From a virus, in UHGV virus genome UHGV-0171500: DNA of 42,456 nt; one strand, written 5' to 3'. The translations under genes and the position numbers were made by a program. Every line of letters begins with the position of its first letter. Position 1 is the first letter of the stretch. Shown here one piece after another: positions 8,413 to 19,463 of the stretch. Under the pieces are notes generated by a model, which worked only from the letters and a program-made list of their open reading frames with translations, did no database searches and had not been told where the DNA came from.

Positions 8413-11400
8413 ATGAATAAAAACTTTATGGCTCGTATATCGGCGATCATTACAGATTTCCAACGGAATATCAGAAAAGCTCAACGTATGGCTAAAACTG
8501 AAATACCTGACGAGATTGAAACACAAGTCGATGCGAATATCAGTAAGTTTAAACGAGCCTTAAACACTGCAAAAGCAATGGCTCAACGTTGGCGTGGACA
8601 CACCGTTGAAATAGACGGTAACAACAACCCTATCAAACGAGCAATTGCAGTAGTTAAAGAGAAATTACAGCAATTAAGAGATAAAGAAGTAGATATTAAA
8701 GGTAACAACAACCCCTTAAAACGTTCAGTATTAGGTGCTAAAGCTATGCTTGCAACCTTACATGATAAAACAGTAAAAGTTAACTTTGATACAAGGGGAA
8801 TGACAAGAGCTCAAGTATTAACTAGAGCTTTAAGTCAGTCTTTAGATGAATACGGCGACAAAATGGATAGATTAGCTACTCGTATTCGTACATTTGGTAC
8901 TGTGTTTGGACAACAAATCAAAGGTGTGCTAATCGCTAGTTTTCAAGGTCTTATTCCTATTATAGCTGGTTTAGTACCTGCCATCATGGCAGTAGCTAAC
9001 GCATTAGGTGTAGTTGCTGGTGGTGCCTTAGGTGTAGCTGGTGCATTTGGTATCGCTGCAGGTGGTGCGTTTGCATTTGGCGCTATGGCAGTAAGTGCAA
9101 TTAAAATGTTGAATGACGGAACATTACAAGCCACTGCACAAACAAGAAGATATCAAGCGTCTTTAGAACAAGTTAAGTCAACTTGGGAAGGCATTATCAA
9201 GCAAAATCAAGCGCAGATATTCAACACACTATCTAATGCTTTAGATACAGTTAACGTAGCTTTAGGGCGTATGAAACCATTCTTAGCAGGTATCTCTAAA
9301 GGAATGGAACAAGCGTCACAGAGTGTCTTAAAATGGGCTCAAAACAGTCAAACTGCTAGCAAATTCTTTAACATGATGAATACAACAGGTGTTAAGACAT
9401 TCAACACATTATTAAGTGCTGCAGGACGTTTTGGTGACGGACTTATTAATGTATTCACTCAATTAGGTCCACTATTCTTATGGACTGCTAAAGGCTTAGA
9501 TAATCTAGGTAAAAAGTTCCAAAACTGGGCTAACAGTGTAGCAGGTCAGAACGCTATTAAGTCGTTTATTGAATACACTAAAACTAATTTACCTAAAATA
9601 GGTCAAATATTTGGCAATGTATTCATGGGTATTGGTAACTTGATGAAAGCATTTGCTCAAAACAGCTCTAATATCTTTGATTGGCTAGTTAAAATGACTG
9701 CTAAGTTTAGAGAATGGTCTGAACAAGTTGGTAAATCTGAAGGATTTAAAAAGTTTGTTCAGTATGTACAAGAGAATGGTCCAGTCATTATGGATCTAAT
9801 CGGTAATATCGTAAGAGTTTTGGTTGCATTCGGCACTGCAATGGCGCCAATAGCAAGTGTGATATTAAAAGTAGTAACAGCATTAGCTGGTTTCATAGCT
9901 AAGTTGTTTGAAACACACCCAGCTATAGCTCGAATGATTGGTATAGGTATGATACTCGGTGGTATGTTGTGGGCTTTACTAGCACCAATCATCGCAGTAG
10001 GTACATTATTAGAAACATTCTTTAGTAGTAGTCTATTCAAAGCTATGACTAAAATGTTAGCTTTTGCTAGAAACACTCAAATACTTAGAAGCGCGTTAAA
10101 CCTAGTGAAAATCGCATTTAGACTTCTCATGAGCCCTATTAGTACAATTATGCGTATCTTACCTATGTTAAGTGGTGCATTCCAAGCGTTAGGTGTAGCT
10201 ATAGGTGCGATTTCATGGCCTGTATTGGCTATCATAGGCGTTATCGTTGCTTTAATAGGTATTATTGTTTGGTTGTGGAAAACAAATGAGAATTTCAGAA
10301 AAACTTGTATTGAAGCTTGGAACACAATTAAAGATACGATAATGAACGCTGTAAAATCAGTGATTAACTGGTTCAATCAGTTCAGAGCGTCTATCGAACA
10401 AACATTACAACCAATTATCCCTATCTTACAAATGTTAGGGCAAGTTGCAAACCAAGTTCTCGGCTTCTTATTCATCAGCCTTATCAATGGTTTAGTAACT
10501 GCTTTCCAATCTCTTTGGACTGTGATTTCAGTAGTATTCACTGCGATAGGTGGAATACTACAAGCTGCTACGCAATTGATTTTCGGTTTGTTTACTGCAT
10601 TAATACAGCTCCTTACCGGAGATTTTTCTGGCGCTTGGCAAACTTTACAAACTACGATTTCTAATGTAATGACTACGATTTGGAATACGTTAGTATCAAT
10701 TTGGAACCAGATTTCTAACTTCATATTCAACGTTTTAAACAGAATACTTGGTACTAATATTACAAGTTGGAACCAAATTTGGTCTGCGATTTCAGGCGCA
10801 GTTACTAGAATTTGGAACACGGTGTCAAGTTGGTTTTCACGTGTAGTTTCAACCGTTGCTCAAAAAATGATGCAAGCACTCAGTCGTATCATTTCTGGTG
10901 GTGCACAATGGGTTTCAAGTATCATTTCTGCAATGAGTAGATTTTTACAAGCAGTTGTTAGTGGTTTCTTCAGAGTGGTTGGCGCTGTAGGAAATGGCAT
11001 GAGAACTGCATTAAATCGAGCTCGAAGTTTTATTGGAGGTTTCTTTCAAGCAGGTGTTGATATGATAGCTGGAATGATTAGAGGTATCGTTCAAAAAGCT
11101 AAAGATTTAGCAGCAGCTGCATGGAACGCTGCAAAAGGTGCATTGAACGCTGCAAAAAGTGCTTTGGATAGTCATTCTCCTTCTCGTAAATTCATACAAC
11201 TAGGTAATGATAGTATGACTGGATTAGGTATGGGTATCTCTGAATATGCAGGAAAAGCTGCAAGAGAAAGTAAATTAGCGGCGTTAAAAGTTATGGATGC
11301 CTTCAACGCAGACTTAAAACCGGACTTTTTAGAAGAAGGATTGGCTGGTTTAGGAAATTCTTTCGATGCACATATGAGTAAAGACGTACGCCATAGCATG

Positions 11401-11517
11401 CAAGAGAACAATAAACCTATCGTCAACGTGACTGTTCGCAATGAGTCAGATATACCAGCTATTAAATCATACATTGAAGATTCCAACTCAAAAGACGCAA
11501 GTTTCGGATTATTTTAA
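8413..11517 (+). CDS. Tail tape measure protein
   Basis: 1034 aa, Gly/Ala-rich hydrophobic central segments, coiled N-terminus, position. Confidence 0.85.
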   Translation: MNKNFMARISAIITDFQRNIRKAQRMAKTEIPDEIETQVDANISKFKRALNTAKAMAQRWRGHTVEIDGNNNPIKRAIAVVKEKLQQLRDKEVDIKGNNNPLKRSVLGAKAMLATLHDKTVKVNFDTRGMTRAQVLTRALSQSLDEYGDKMDRLATRIRTFGTVFGQQIKGVLIASFQGLIPIIAGLVPAIMAVANALGVVAGGALGVAGAFGIAAGGAFAFGAMAVSAIKMLNDGTLQATAQTRRYQASLEQVKSTWEGIIKQNQAQIFNTLSNALDTVNVALGRMKPFLAGISKGMEQASQSVLKWAQNSQTASKFFNMMNTTGVKTFNTLLSAAGRFGDGLINVFTQLGPLFLWTAKGLDNLGKKFQNWANSVAGQNAIKSFIEYTKTNLPKIGQIFGNVFMGIGNLMKAFAQNSSNIFDWLVKMTAKFREWSEQVGKSEGFKKFVQYVQENGPVIMDLIGNIVRVLVAFGTAMAPIASVILKVVTALAGFIAKLFETHPAIARMIGIGMILGGMLWALLAPIIAVGTLLETFFSSSLFKAMTKMLAFARNTQILRSALNLVKIAFRLLMSPISTIMRILPMLSGAFQALGVAIGAISWPVLAIIGVIVALIGIIVWLWKTNENFRKTCIEAWNTIKDTIMNAVKSVINWFNQFRASIEQTLQPIIPILQMLGQVANQVLGFLFISLINGLVTAFQSLWTVISVVFTAIGGILQAATQLIFGLFTALIQLLTGDFSGAWQTLQTTISNVMTTIWNTLVSIWNQISNFIFNVLNRILGTNITSWNQIWSAISGAVTRIWNTVSSWFSRVVSTVAQKMMQALSRIISGGAQWVSSIISAMSRFLQAVVSGFFRVVGAVGNGMRTALNRARSFIGGFFQAGVDMIAGMIRGIVQKAKDLAAAAWNAAKGALNAAKSALDSHSPSRKFIQLGNDSMTGLGMGISEYAGKAARESKLAALKVMDAFNADLKPDFLEEGLAGLGNSFDAHMSKDVRHSMQENNKPIVNVTVRNESDIPAIKSYIEDSNSKDASFGLF

Positions 11518-11532
11518 AGGAGTGATTGTTAA

Positions 11533-12471
11533 TTGATATTACATGATGTTGAGGTATACAAAAATAAAGAACGTTTGCGTATTAGTAACAATCGCTTTAC
11601 TGGTACTGCGTTGAGAGTTGTTTCTTACGATGTTAAAGGTGCAGGCTATGACCGAAAGTTTGATGAAATTGATCGTGTTAACGGTAGATTTCATAATGCT
11701 ACTAAAGAAGAAAAGAAAAGTATATCTATGACGGTTAGGTACGATGTAGAAAAGATAGCTTACGCTTCTCATTTAAAAGCGAACATACAAGCTATGCTAA
11801 GAGGTCATTTTTATCTTAGAGAATTAGCAACGTCCGAAAGTGAAGTTAAATTCGAGAATATATTCGAACCTAAGGAACAATCTTTTGAACTAGAATATGT
11901 TGACGGCAGGCAGATACTTGTTGGCTTAGTTAACGAAGTGTCATTCGATACTACTAAAACGTCAGGTGAATTCACACTAGATTTCGAAACGATTGAATTA
12001 CCATACTTTGAGAGTATTGGGTATAGTACAGATTTAGAAAAAGAGAGTGGTAATTTGAATAAATGGGGTATTCCAGACAAAAATCCGTTCAACACATCTC
12101 ATAAAGAACGTAGATACACATTTTATGACACTAAAGTGGGCGATGTATATTATGGTGGTACAGCTGAAATAAACCAATTTAACCAAGACAGTGTTGTAGA
12201 AATGGTTCTAGGAGAAAACATCAGCAAAAAAGATAGCGACGGTTTTAACTTCTATATGACACATAGCGACATTATGAAAATAAGCGGTTTAGAGTTGAAA
12301 GCAGGAGATGTTATAAAATTTGACGGCATCCATGTATATCGTAATAACTTACGCATTGATGATTACAATAAGACAAAACAACAACCTGTGTTAATGCCTG
12401 GTTGGAATACTTTCCATACTACTAAGAAACTTCAAAAAATCACGTTTAAACACAAAAGATATTACTTGTAA
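11533..12471 (+). CDS. Distal tail protein (Dit)
   Basis: 312 aa, TTG start with RBS AAAGGAGTGA, follows TMP. Confidence 0.6.
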   Translation: MILHDVEVYKNKERLRISNNRFTGTALRVVSYDVKGAGYDRKFDEIDRVNGRFHNATKEEKKSISMTVRYDVEKIAYASHLKANIQAMLRGHFYLRELATSESEVKFENIFEPKEQSFELEYVDGRQILVGLVNEVSFDTTKTSGEFTLDFETIELPYFESIGYSTDLEKESGNLNKWGIPDKNPFNTSHKERRYTFYDTKVGDVYYGGTAEINQFNQDSVVEMVLGENISKKDSDGFNFYMTHSDIMKISGLELKAGDVIKFDGIHVYRNNLRIDDYNKTKQQPVLMPGWNTFHTTKKLQKITFKHKRYYL

Positions 12472-12484
12472 GGAGGTTGCTTAA

Positions 12485-14341
12485 TTGCCAATATTATTAA
12501 AAACGTTACAGGGCATTGGGCAATCCCTACCTGTAGAAACAAAATTAAATGAGAAATTAAATGAAGATGGCTCCTTAGAAATAGAAATGGTAGAAAACAA
12601 AGCTACATTTGATGCTATAGGAGCTATTACTAAAATGTGGACGATTACAGGCGTTGGTGGTGATGATGACCTGAACGAATACCGTATCGTTATGTTAGAC
12701 AAAACAACTGTAGGTCAAAAGGAAAAGTTAACAATCAAAGCGCGTCCTGTCGAATTAGATGATCTAAACAATTTAAGAGTATACGAAGTATATAACGGTA
12801 GTTTTACAGGAAAAAGCTACTTCGATTTAGTTTTTAAAGATACCGGTTATAAGTATGAATTACACGCTAAGGTTTCATCTTCCAAATTTGAAAATCTAGG
12901 TAACCACGATACCAATTTAGAATTATTCAAAAAAGGTTTGGAAAGATATAACTTAGAATATGAATATAACGCCAAAACAAAGACGTTTCATTTATATGAT
13001 ATTGTTCAAAGAAAGGCTAACTATTACATTAAAGCAGGTGTCAATGCTAATAATGTAAAAGTCCAAGAAGATGCTTCTAAGTGTTACACATACATTAGAG
13101 GATATGGTGGCTTTGATGAGCAACAAACTTTTAACGAAGCTAGCTTGCAATATGAGTACACACACCCCTTAGCTGACTTAGTAGGCAAACGTCATGCGCC
13201 ACCTGTTGTAGATGGGCGTATAACTAAAGGGGATACACTTAAAAAAGCTATGGAGTTAGTTATACAAGAGAGTTTAAAAACGTCTGTAACACTAGACTTC
13301 ATTTCTTTACAAAAGCATTTTAAAGAAGCAGTACCTAGAGTTGGGGATATTGTTAATGTAATCGATGACTTAATAGGGTTAAATGAGTTTGTTAGAATTA
13401 TCGAAATCACTACACAACGAGATATTAACAACAAGATTATTAAACAAGACGTAGTGCTTGGGGAATTCAGATTACAAGATAGATACATGAAAGCAGTAAA
13501 TACTGCTGCGAATTATGTTAAAGCTATCAAATCTAACAAATCTGATCCAGCTAAAGATTTAAGGATGATTCAAGCTCAAAATAATGCAAATACTAAGACT
13601 GCACAAGATTTGCAGAAGAAAACCGATGATATAAAAAGAAGATTAGAAAGTGCGCATGCAAAGAGTGTTACAACTGCAAATGGTACTATCGTTCACGACT
13701 TTACACCTAAGTCTAAGATTAGAAAAGTTAAAACAATAGGTACTATTGGAGATTCTGTAGCTAAAGGTACTGGCGCTAAAACTAACTTTACGCAAATGTT
13801 AGCTAAGAAGATAAAAGCTAAATCAACTAACTTAGCTGTTAGTGGTGCGACAATGAGCACAAACAAAGATAATAGCATTTATGATCAAGCAACCAAAATT
13901 AAAGCTGATTTAATCATTGTTCAAGGTACAGATGATGATTGGACTAATGATATTGATATAGGCACTGATAAAACGGATACTAAAACGTTTTACGGCGCCT
14001 TTTATAGTGCTATCACTAAAATCAAGAGTAATAACCCTAACTCTAAAATAATTGTTATGACACCTACTAAACAATGTTATATAAAAGACGGCAAAACCGT
14101 AAGAAAAGACACTACTAAGAACGATTTAGGTCACACTTTAGCTGATTATGTAGATGTTCAAATAGACGCTTGTAACGAACTGGATATACCTGTGTATGAC
14201 GCTTATCATTCAACACAATTCAAACCCAATATACCTTCGTACAGAAAATCGAGTATGCCTGACGGGGTACACCCTAATGAAAAAGGGCACGAGGTCATTA
14301 TGTATGAATTGATTAAAAACTTTTATGGTTTTTATGGCTAA
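12485..14341 (+). CDS. Tail-associated lysin-like protein (Tal) with C-terminal SGNH/GDSL esterase domain
   Basis: 618 aa, TTG start after AAGGAGG; GTIGDSVAKGTG (GDS block I) and DGVHPNEKGH (DxxH block V) in C-terminal third. Confidence 0.65.
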   Translation: MPILLKTLQGIGQSLPVETKLNEKLNEDGSLEIEMVENKATFDAIGAITKMWTITGVGGDDDLNEYRIVMLDKTTVGQKEKLTIKARPVELDDLNNLRVYEVYNGSFTGKSYFDLVFKDTGYKYELHAKVSSSKFENLGNHDTNLELFKKGLERYNLEYEYNAKTKTFHLYDIVQRKANYYIKAGVNANNVKVQEDASKCYTYIRGYGGFDEQQTFNEASLQYEYTHPLADLVGKRHAPPVVDGRITKGDTLKKAMELVIQESLKTSVTLDFISLQKHFKEAVPRVGDIVNVIDDLIGLNEFVRIIEITTQRDINNKIIKQDVVLGEFRLQDRYMKAVNTAANYVKAIKSNKSDPAKDLRMIQAQNNANTKTAQDLQKKTDDIKRRLESAHAKSVTTANGTIVHDFTPKSKIRKVKTIGTIGDSVAKGTGAKTNFTQMLAKKIKAKSTNLAVSGATMSTNKDNSIYDQATKIKADLIIVQGTDDDWTNDIDIGTDKTDTKTFYGAFYSAITKIKSNNPNSKIIVMTPTKQCYIKDGKTVRKDTTKNDLGHTLADYVDVQIDACNELDIPVYDAYHSTQFKPNIPSYRKSSMPDGVHPNEKGHEVIMYELIKNFYGFYG

Positions 14342-14355
14342 GGAGGTCAAAAAAT

Positions 14356-17022
14356 TTGAAATTAGATAACTTAATTACGAAACTTCACTCGTACTTTAGT
14401 CAAAAGTTTGTAAGTCAACTAGAAAATAACTTTGAACAAATTAAATACTGGACTAATAAAAGTGATGATACTTTTAACGAGCATTTAACCACTCAAAAAA
14501 ATGCGCATACAACTGATCAAATCAAACACAAAACTACAAAAGGTAAAGATGTCGTATTATCTAATCATGAAAATTATCAAGATGAACTTATTGAACATCT
14601 TGTGTTAGGTCATAACGGTGATGGCAATAACGAATTAAAAGCTAGTCACACATCAATGGACGCTCAAAGTTTCGATTCTTTACACCAACGTCTATATCAC
14701 GACTTTTTAAGAGAAAGTAACGCTAGAGAAGAACTAAGAGCCGACTTAACTAAGAAAATACAACGTATTGTTAACGTTGATGATTTCGGAGGAGATCCAA
14801 CAGGTCAAAAGGACAGTACAAAGGCATTTCAGGACGCATTAGGTAACGGCAATGTACAGGTAACTATGAGTGGTGGTACTTACCTTACAACAGGTATTAA
14901 AATGCCTAACAACTCTCGTTTGGTAGGACAAGGTAAAGACATTACTACAATTAAGTTTATGGACGAAACACCTGCAGAAAATATTGGTATCACTAACTTA
15001 AAAATGAGTGGTGGAGCTGAAAACATTTCATTAGAAAGTTTTTCGTTCAACGGGAATAAGTTTAGACAAAATAAAACACTTAAAGCTACCGGTGGCTCTC
15101 GTTCATCTAACATTAGATTTGCGGGTGTGACTAATGGTTATATCTATAACGTTAAGTCATATGACGCTTTACTACATTGCATAGATGTAACGTATGCAAA
15201 TGACAATTATTACTACGAGGGCGATGGCAATCGTGTCCCTTATTCATTAGAAAGCAAACACATATTTATCGATAATTGTGAGGTATATGGTTGCGGAGAT
15301 GACGGTATCACTACTCACCATTCAAGATATATTACAATTTCTAATTGTTACGCTCATGATCCGACTGGTGGTAGCAATAGTAATGGAATTGAAATCGATG
15401 ATGGCTCACAATTTGTTTTCTTATCAAACAACAGAACCAAAGGTAACTTCGGCGGTTTAGAAATCAAAGCGCACAGTAACGCAAACGCTGCAAGTGGTGT
15501 GTTCGTTAACGGTCACGTATCAATCGAAGATACAAGAGCTTACAACATTCGACACATCGGTCACCATAGAGCTAAAACAGACAATAAAAGTTTGACTGCT
15601 TATGACGTGGCGCTAAATAATTGCTTAGCTTTAAACCCTAAATACAATGGTGTGTATCCAGGCTCAACACCTAGAGCATTATTAATCAGTGCTTATAAAA
15701 ATGTATCAGTCAATAATTTCACTGCAATTGGTGATGATGATTTCGGAAAATTAGAAGGTGGAAAACTAGATAAAAAACAACCAGCAATAGCCATCCAATT
15801 CATGTCTGAAAACATCTCACTTAATAATATTAATGTACGTAACTTTAAAAACGCAGAAGTAGATATCAGATTATTTGGCGGAGATAATAGACCTTCAAGA
15901 GTTATTTTAAACAATATCAATATTTGGAATTCATCTAACAATATCGGTATCGGTGTTGGAAGTAAAATATACGATACTAAAATAACTAATTGTAATTTAC
16001 ACGGTAATGGTTCAGGTATAGGATTACGTTTGACAAATAACCACGCTATGATTAGTGGTATCACAGCAAACAATTATTCAACACCTGCATGGATAGCCGG
16101 CGAAAAATACGACACACCTCCTACAGTTGGAAAAGGCGGCGCTAGTATAGCGTCTACAGGAAGTGCAGGCGTAGCTAATGCTAGTGCAGTTATTGCGTCA
16201 ACAGGAGGTTCGAAAGCATACAGTAATCGTAGCTTTGTATTAGGTTCTGGTGCTAACTCCAAATCTTATGGTTCACGTAGCGGTATTATCAATTCACTTA
16301 ATTCTGAAACTGATAAAAAAGGCCATACACAACTGATTATGAATAGTAATCGTGTTAAGTCACCTGGTAACTATCATGTTGTCGCTGGATATGGTTCTAG
16401 TGGTAATGCTTCTACATCTAACATTAAATTTGATTTAAGCACTTATTCAGGAAACTTAACTTTAGCCGGTCAACTTAAACAAGATAGTGCCGATATCGCA
16501 GAGTTATTTGAGTCACAAAATGGATTAGCAATCGATTTAGGTACAATCGTTACATTAGACGGAGATAAGATAAGAAAAGCACAACCTAATGACACACCAA
16601 TTGGCGTCATATCTGGAACTGCTGCATTGGTAGCGAATGAAAAAACGTTCCACCACAAAGATAGATTTCTCAAAAACGAATACGGTGTAACTATCACAAA
16701 TAGAAAACAAGTTGAATTTGTAGATGATGAGGGCAACGTTTCTTTCGAATGGCGTGACATACCAGTAGAAAACCCTGAATATAACGACAAAATCGATTAT
16801 CAATCACGTTCAGAAAGACCTGAATGGAATGTAGTCGGATTATTAGGTCAAATCTACACAAACATTGAGAAAGACGTTATACCAGGCGACTATATCAATG
16901 GTAGAGCAGGTGTAGGTTACAAAGATAATGTGAACGGTAAAGGCAGAGTCATGAAGATAACTTCTGAATACACTGAAGAACGTGGCTGTGCAATAGCATT
17001 AGTATTGTGGGGTGCTAAATAA
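14356..17022 (+). CDS. Tail fibre / receptor-binding protein with pectate-lyase-like beta-helix and C-terminal phi29-gp12-like (peptidase G2) autochaperone domain
   Basis: 888 aa; repetitive N/G-rich beta-helix repeats (NNINIWNSSNNIGIGVGS...); C-terminus resembles intramolecular chaperone of phi29 pre-neck appendage. Confidence 0.55.
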   Translation: MKLDNLITKLHSYFSQKFVSQLENNFEQIKYWTNKSDDTFNEHLTTQKNAHTTDQIKHKTTKGKDVVLSNHENYQDELIEHLVLGHNGDGNNELKASHTSMDAQSFDSLHQRLYHDFLRESNAREELRADLTKKIQRIVNVDDFGGDPTGQKDSTKAFQDALGNGNVQVTMSGGTYLTTGIKMPNNSRLVGQGKDITTIKFMDETPAENIGITNLKMSGGAENISLESFSFNGNKFRQNKTLKATGGSRSSNIRFAGVTNGYIYNVKSYDALLHCIDVTYANDNYYYEGDGNRVPYSLESKHIFIDNCEVYGCGDDGITTHHSRYITISNCYAHDPTGGSNSNGIEIDDGSQFVFLSNNRTKGNFGGLEIKAHSNANAASGVFVNGHVSIEDTRAYNIRHIGHHRAKTDNKSLTAYDVALNNCLALNPKYNGVYPGSTPRALLISAYKNVSVNNFTAIGDDDFGKLEGGKLDKKQPAIAIQFMSENISLNNINVRNFKNAEVDIRLFGGDNRPSRVILNNINIWNSSNNIGIGVGSKIYDTKITNCNLHGNGSGIGLRLTNNHAMISGITANNYSTPAWIAGEKYDTPPTVGKGGASIASTGSAGVANASAVIASTGGSKAYSNRSFVLGSGANSKSYGSRSGIINSLNSETDKKGHTQLIMNSNRVKSPGNYHVVAGYGSSGNASTSNIKFDLSTYSGNLTLAGQLKQDSADIAELFESQNGLAIDLGTIVTLDGDKIRKAQPNDTPIGVISGTAALVANEKTFHHKDRFLKNEYGVTITNRKQVEFVDDEGNVSFEWRDIPVENPEYNDKIDYQSRSERPEWNVVGLLGQIYTNIEKDVIPGDYINGRAGVGYKDNVNGKGRVMKITSEYTEERGCAIALVLWGAK

Positions 17023-18554
17023 TGGAATTAGAAAAAGTAGGTAAACTTGATTTAAATGAAGAACCATATTTACAACCGATATCTAATAGAGGTATCGGTT
17101 TTTATAATCTCGATAAAAACACTGCTAAATTTCAATTTGTAGTACAAAAAGACAACAAACCTTTGTTAATCAGCGATAAGAACGTTAAAGGTTATGCTTT
17201 CTTTAAAGCTGCGAACGGAACAGAAGAAAAACGACCTAGTACATCGGGTGTATTAGACGTAGAATTCATTGATCCAATGAAAGGATTAATAGGTATTACG
17301 GTACCTCAATGGTTTCTGAAAAATGTTGTCGATTCTGAAGTGTTGGGTGAAATTTACTTATCACTCAATGATGTGAATAACGTAGGGAAAGACGACACTG
17401 TTGTGTTAGGTACTTTTAAATTCACGGTACGCGACAGTCTTATCAATCAAATAGAAAGCGACATTAAAGTATCTTATATTCGCATGTTTGATGATTTGCG
17501 TTCGGAATTAGAAAAGAAAGTGCAACAACTTAAGCAAGATATAGGCGATACACAAACGTTGATTGAAACTATAAGACAAACAGCTGAAGAGTACCTCATT
17601 AAAATAAATAAGGCTCAAGCAGACGCTCTTATTGCCATTACAGACGCATTATTGTCGTCTAACCAAAGCATCGAGTTAGAGAGAGAAGAAGCGTTAAGAC
17701 AAATAGATGCTAAACGTGACGCTATCAAAACGGATTATGATTTAGCTTCAGATACATTCAAAAAAACTTATGATAGCAATGTGGATGCTTTTAATTCAAA
17801 TGTTAATCAAGCTAACACAACAATTGACGAAAAACTACAAACATTTAATGAAACTCTTGAAAGAGATGGCTTTACTACTCCTGAATATGTAGAAAGTAAG
17901 TTTACAGAAAAGGATTGGCAAAAATTTAAATTAACAAATGATGATGGTACTAATTTTTATGATGCTAACCTACAAATAGATTTCGATAATAACGAACAAT
18001 TAATGTCTTTACCGGTAGGAACTAGATATGTTGTTCTTACTTTGAACAACCCAGCTGGAACAAATAATAATGGGTGGTTAACAAAGTATAAAAGAAATGG
18101 AGGTGCAGTTCTAATACAATACCAACCTTACAATTCAACTGTAATCTACCAAAAAAGATTTTATAAGAGTTGGAGTGGTTGGGAACGTGTCGGTTCAGAT
18201 GTTGTAGATACTGGTTGGATTGATTTACAACTAGTGAACAGTGCATCACCTCATAACGACTTAGTTTCTAAAGGTGGCTTTACTAGTGCGTACAGAACAA
18301 TCACACAAAATGGAATTACTAAGAAAATGTTACGCATTAATGCTACAACTATCAAACATGGACAGACTATTGCACTTTTACCTAAAGAATTCGTCAAAAA
18401 CTTAATGTTTTTCTCAATAAGTGCACCTAGAAACAAAAATAGTGGACGTATTTCGTTGAACACATCAGGAACAGTGAATTTTGACGCTACTGTAGATCCA
18501 TCAGCGTGGACTGATACAGATTATATTTACGGTCAATATGAATGGACGGAGTGA
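17022..18554 (+). CDS. Tail fibre / upper baseplate protein (coiled-coil stalk plus C-terminal globular domain)
   Basis: 510 aa, start overlaps the previous stop, long heptad-rich central region. Confidence 0.45.
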   Translation: MELEKVGKLDLNEEPYLQPISNRGIGFYNLDKNTAKFQFVVQKDNKPLLISDKNVKGYAFFKAANGTEEKRPSTSGVLDVEFIDPMKGLIGITVPQWFLKNVVDSEVLGEIYLSLNDVNNVGKDDTVVLGTFKFTVRDSLINQIESDIKVSYIRMFDDLRSELEKKVQQLKQDIGDTQTLIETIRQTAEEYLIKINKAQADALIAITDALLSSNQSIELEREEALRQIDAKRDAIKTDYDLASDTFKKTYDSNVDAFNSNVNQANTTIDEKLQTFNETLERDGFTTPEYVESKFTEKDWQKFKLTNDDGTNFYDANLQIDFDNNEQLMSLPVGTRYVVLTLNNPAGTNNNGWLTKYKRNGGAVLIQYQPYNSTVIYQKRFYKSWSGWERVGSDVVDTGWIDLQLVNSASPHNDLVSKGGFTSAYRTITQNGITKKMLRINATTIKHGQTIALLPKEFVKNLMFFSISAPRNKNSGRISLNTSGTVNFDATVDPSAWTDTDYIYGQYEWTE

Positions 18555-18558
18555 TGAA

Positions 18559-18897
18559 ATGAAAGTAGTTTATTTATGGAAAAATGGACAAGCAATTATT
18601 GTTCACAAAAACGAAGAAGATGAATATGTTTATCCTGATGAAAAATGGACTGAGAACCAACCTCCTCAAGGTATTATCTTACCTTGCTATTATGATGGTA
18701 AAAAATGGGTTGGACAAACCCAAGATGAGCTAGAAAAGATGTTGCCTGAAGTAGAAATTCCTGTTGATGACAAAGATATTGCTATAGCTAAATTAACGAG
18801 CTTAGTTGTCGATTTACAAGAAGAAGTTATGAGTTTGAAGCAGAACATCGCACTAATAACTGAAGAACAAGCAAATCAAAAATTGGGGGAAGTATAA
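18559..18897 (+). CDS. Hypothetical tail-module protein (XkdW-like position)
   Basis: Probable start MKVVYLWKNG; between fibre genes and XkdX-like ORF. Confidence 0.35.
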   Translation: MKVVYLWKNGQAIIVHKNEEDEYVYPDEKWTENQPPQGIILPCYYDGKKWVGQTQDELEKMLPEVEIPVDDKDIAIAKLTSLVVDLQEEVMSLKQNIALITEEQANQKLGEV

Positions 18898-18899
18898 TA

Positions 18900-19040
18900 T
18901 GGACAAAGTAGTAATCGATTTATATAAGAAAAAATTATACACTGACGAAACTTTCAAAAAGTTTGTTAGAGTTGGTTGGATTACTCCGGAGCAATTCAAA
19001 GAAACTACAGGTAAAGATTACGAACCACAAGTTAAATAGC
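18900..19040 (+). CDS. XkdX-like small protein
   Basis: 46 aa ORF MDKVVIDLYKKKLYTDETFKKFVRVGWITPEQF..., not in ORF track (<60 aa), typical partner of XhlA upstream of lysis genes. Confidence 0.45.
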
Positions 19041-19075
19041 TTGTGGTTTTTATTTTAAGTGAAGTAGGTGTTTAT

Positions 19076-19375
19076 ATGACAGAAAGTAGCCAAAGAGGAG
19101 ATTATGAACGACGTATAAAAAGGTTGGAAGATAACGACGAAAAAATCTTCGACTCTTTGGAAAAGATTAAAGATGGACAACACAGTCAAAATTTGATTAA
19201 TCAAAAAATGAATTTTACTTTAGATTCGATAAATAGAGAAAGGGAGTTAGAAAAAGAAAACAAAAAAGAAAGTAAAGAAGATATCAAAAAGATTAAATTC
19301 TGGGTGTTAGGACTTGTCGGTACGATTATTTCAACCTTAATCGTAACGACTGTCAAAATGATATTTGGTCTTTAA
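19076..19375 (+). CDS. XhlA-like membrane protein (coiled-coil N-terminus, C-terminal TM anchor)
   Basis: Probable start MTESSQRGD; C-terminal FWVLGLVGTIISTLIVTTVKMIFGL TM helix. Confidence 0.45.
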   Translation: MTESSQRGDYERRIKRLEDNDEKIFDSLEKIKDGQHSQNLINQKMNFTLDSINRERELEKENKKESKEDIKKIKFWVLGLVGTIISTLIVTTVKMIFGL

Positions 19376-19390
19376 AGGAGGTGAGTTACC

Positions 19391-19453
19391 ATGTTCGGAT
19401 TATTTTTAGGCGCAAGTTTTTGGGAATGTTTCTGGTTTGGTAAATGTAAATAA
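19391..19453 (+). CDS. 20-aa aromatic/hydrophobic peptide MFGLFLGASFWECFWFGKCK
   Basis: Perfect SD AAAGGAGGTGA 7 nt upstream of ATG; immediately followed by a rho-independent terminator. Confidence 0.35.
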   Translation: MFGLFLGASFWECFWFGKCK

Positions 19454-19463
19454 TTAGATTATT

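Noticed and set aside
8943-11486. Several 60-150 aa ORFs antisense to the tape measure gene (8943..9134, 9759..10076, 10077..10376, 10377..10820, 11172..11486)
   Set aside because: Low-complexity antisense translations of the Ala/Gly/Ile-rich TMP; no RBS; typical spurious ORFs
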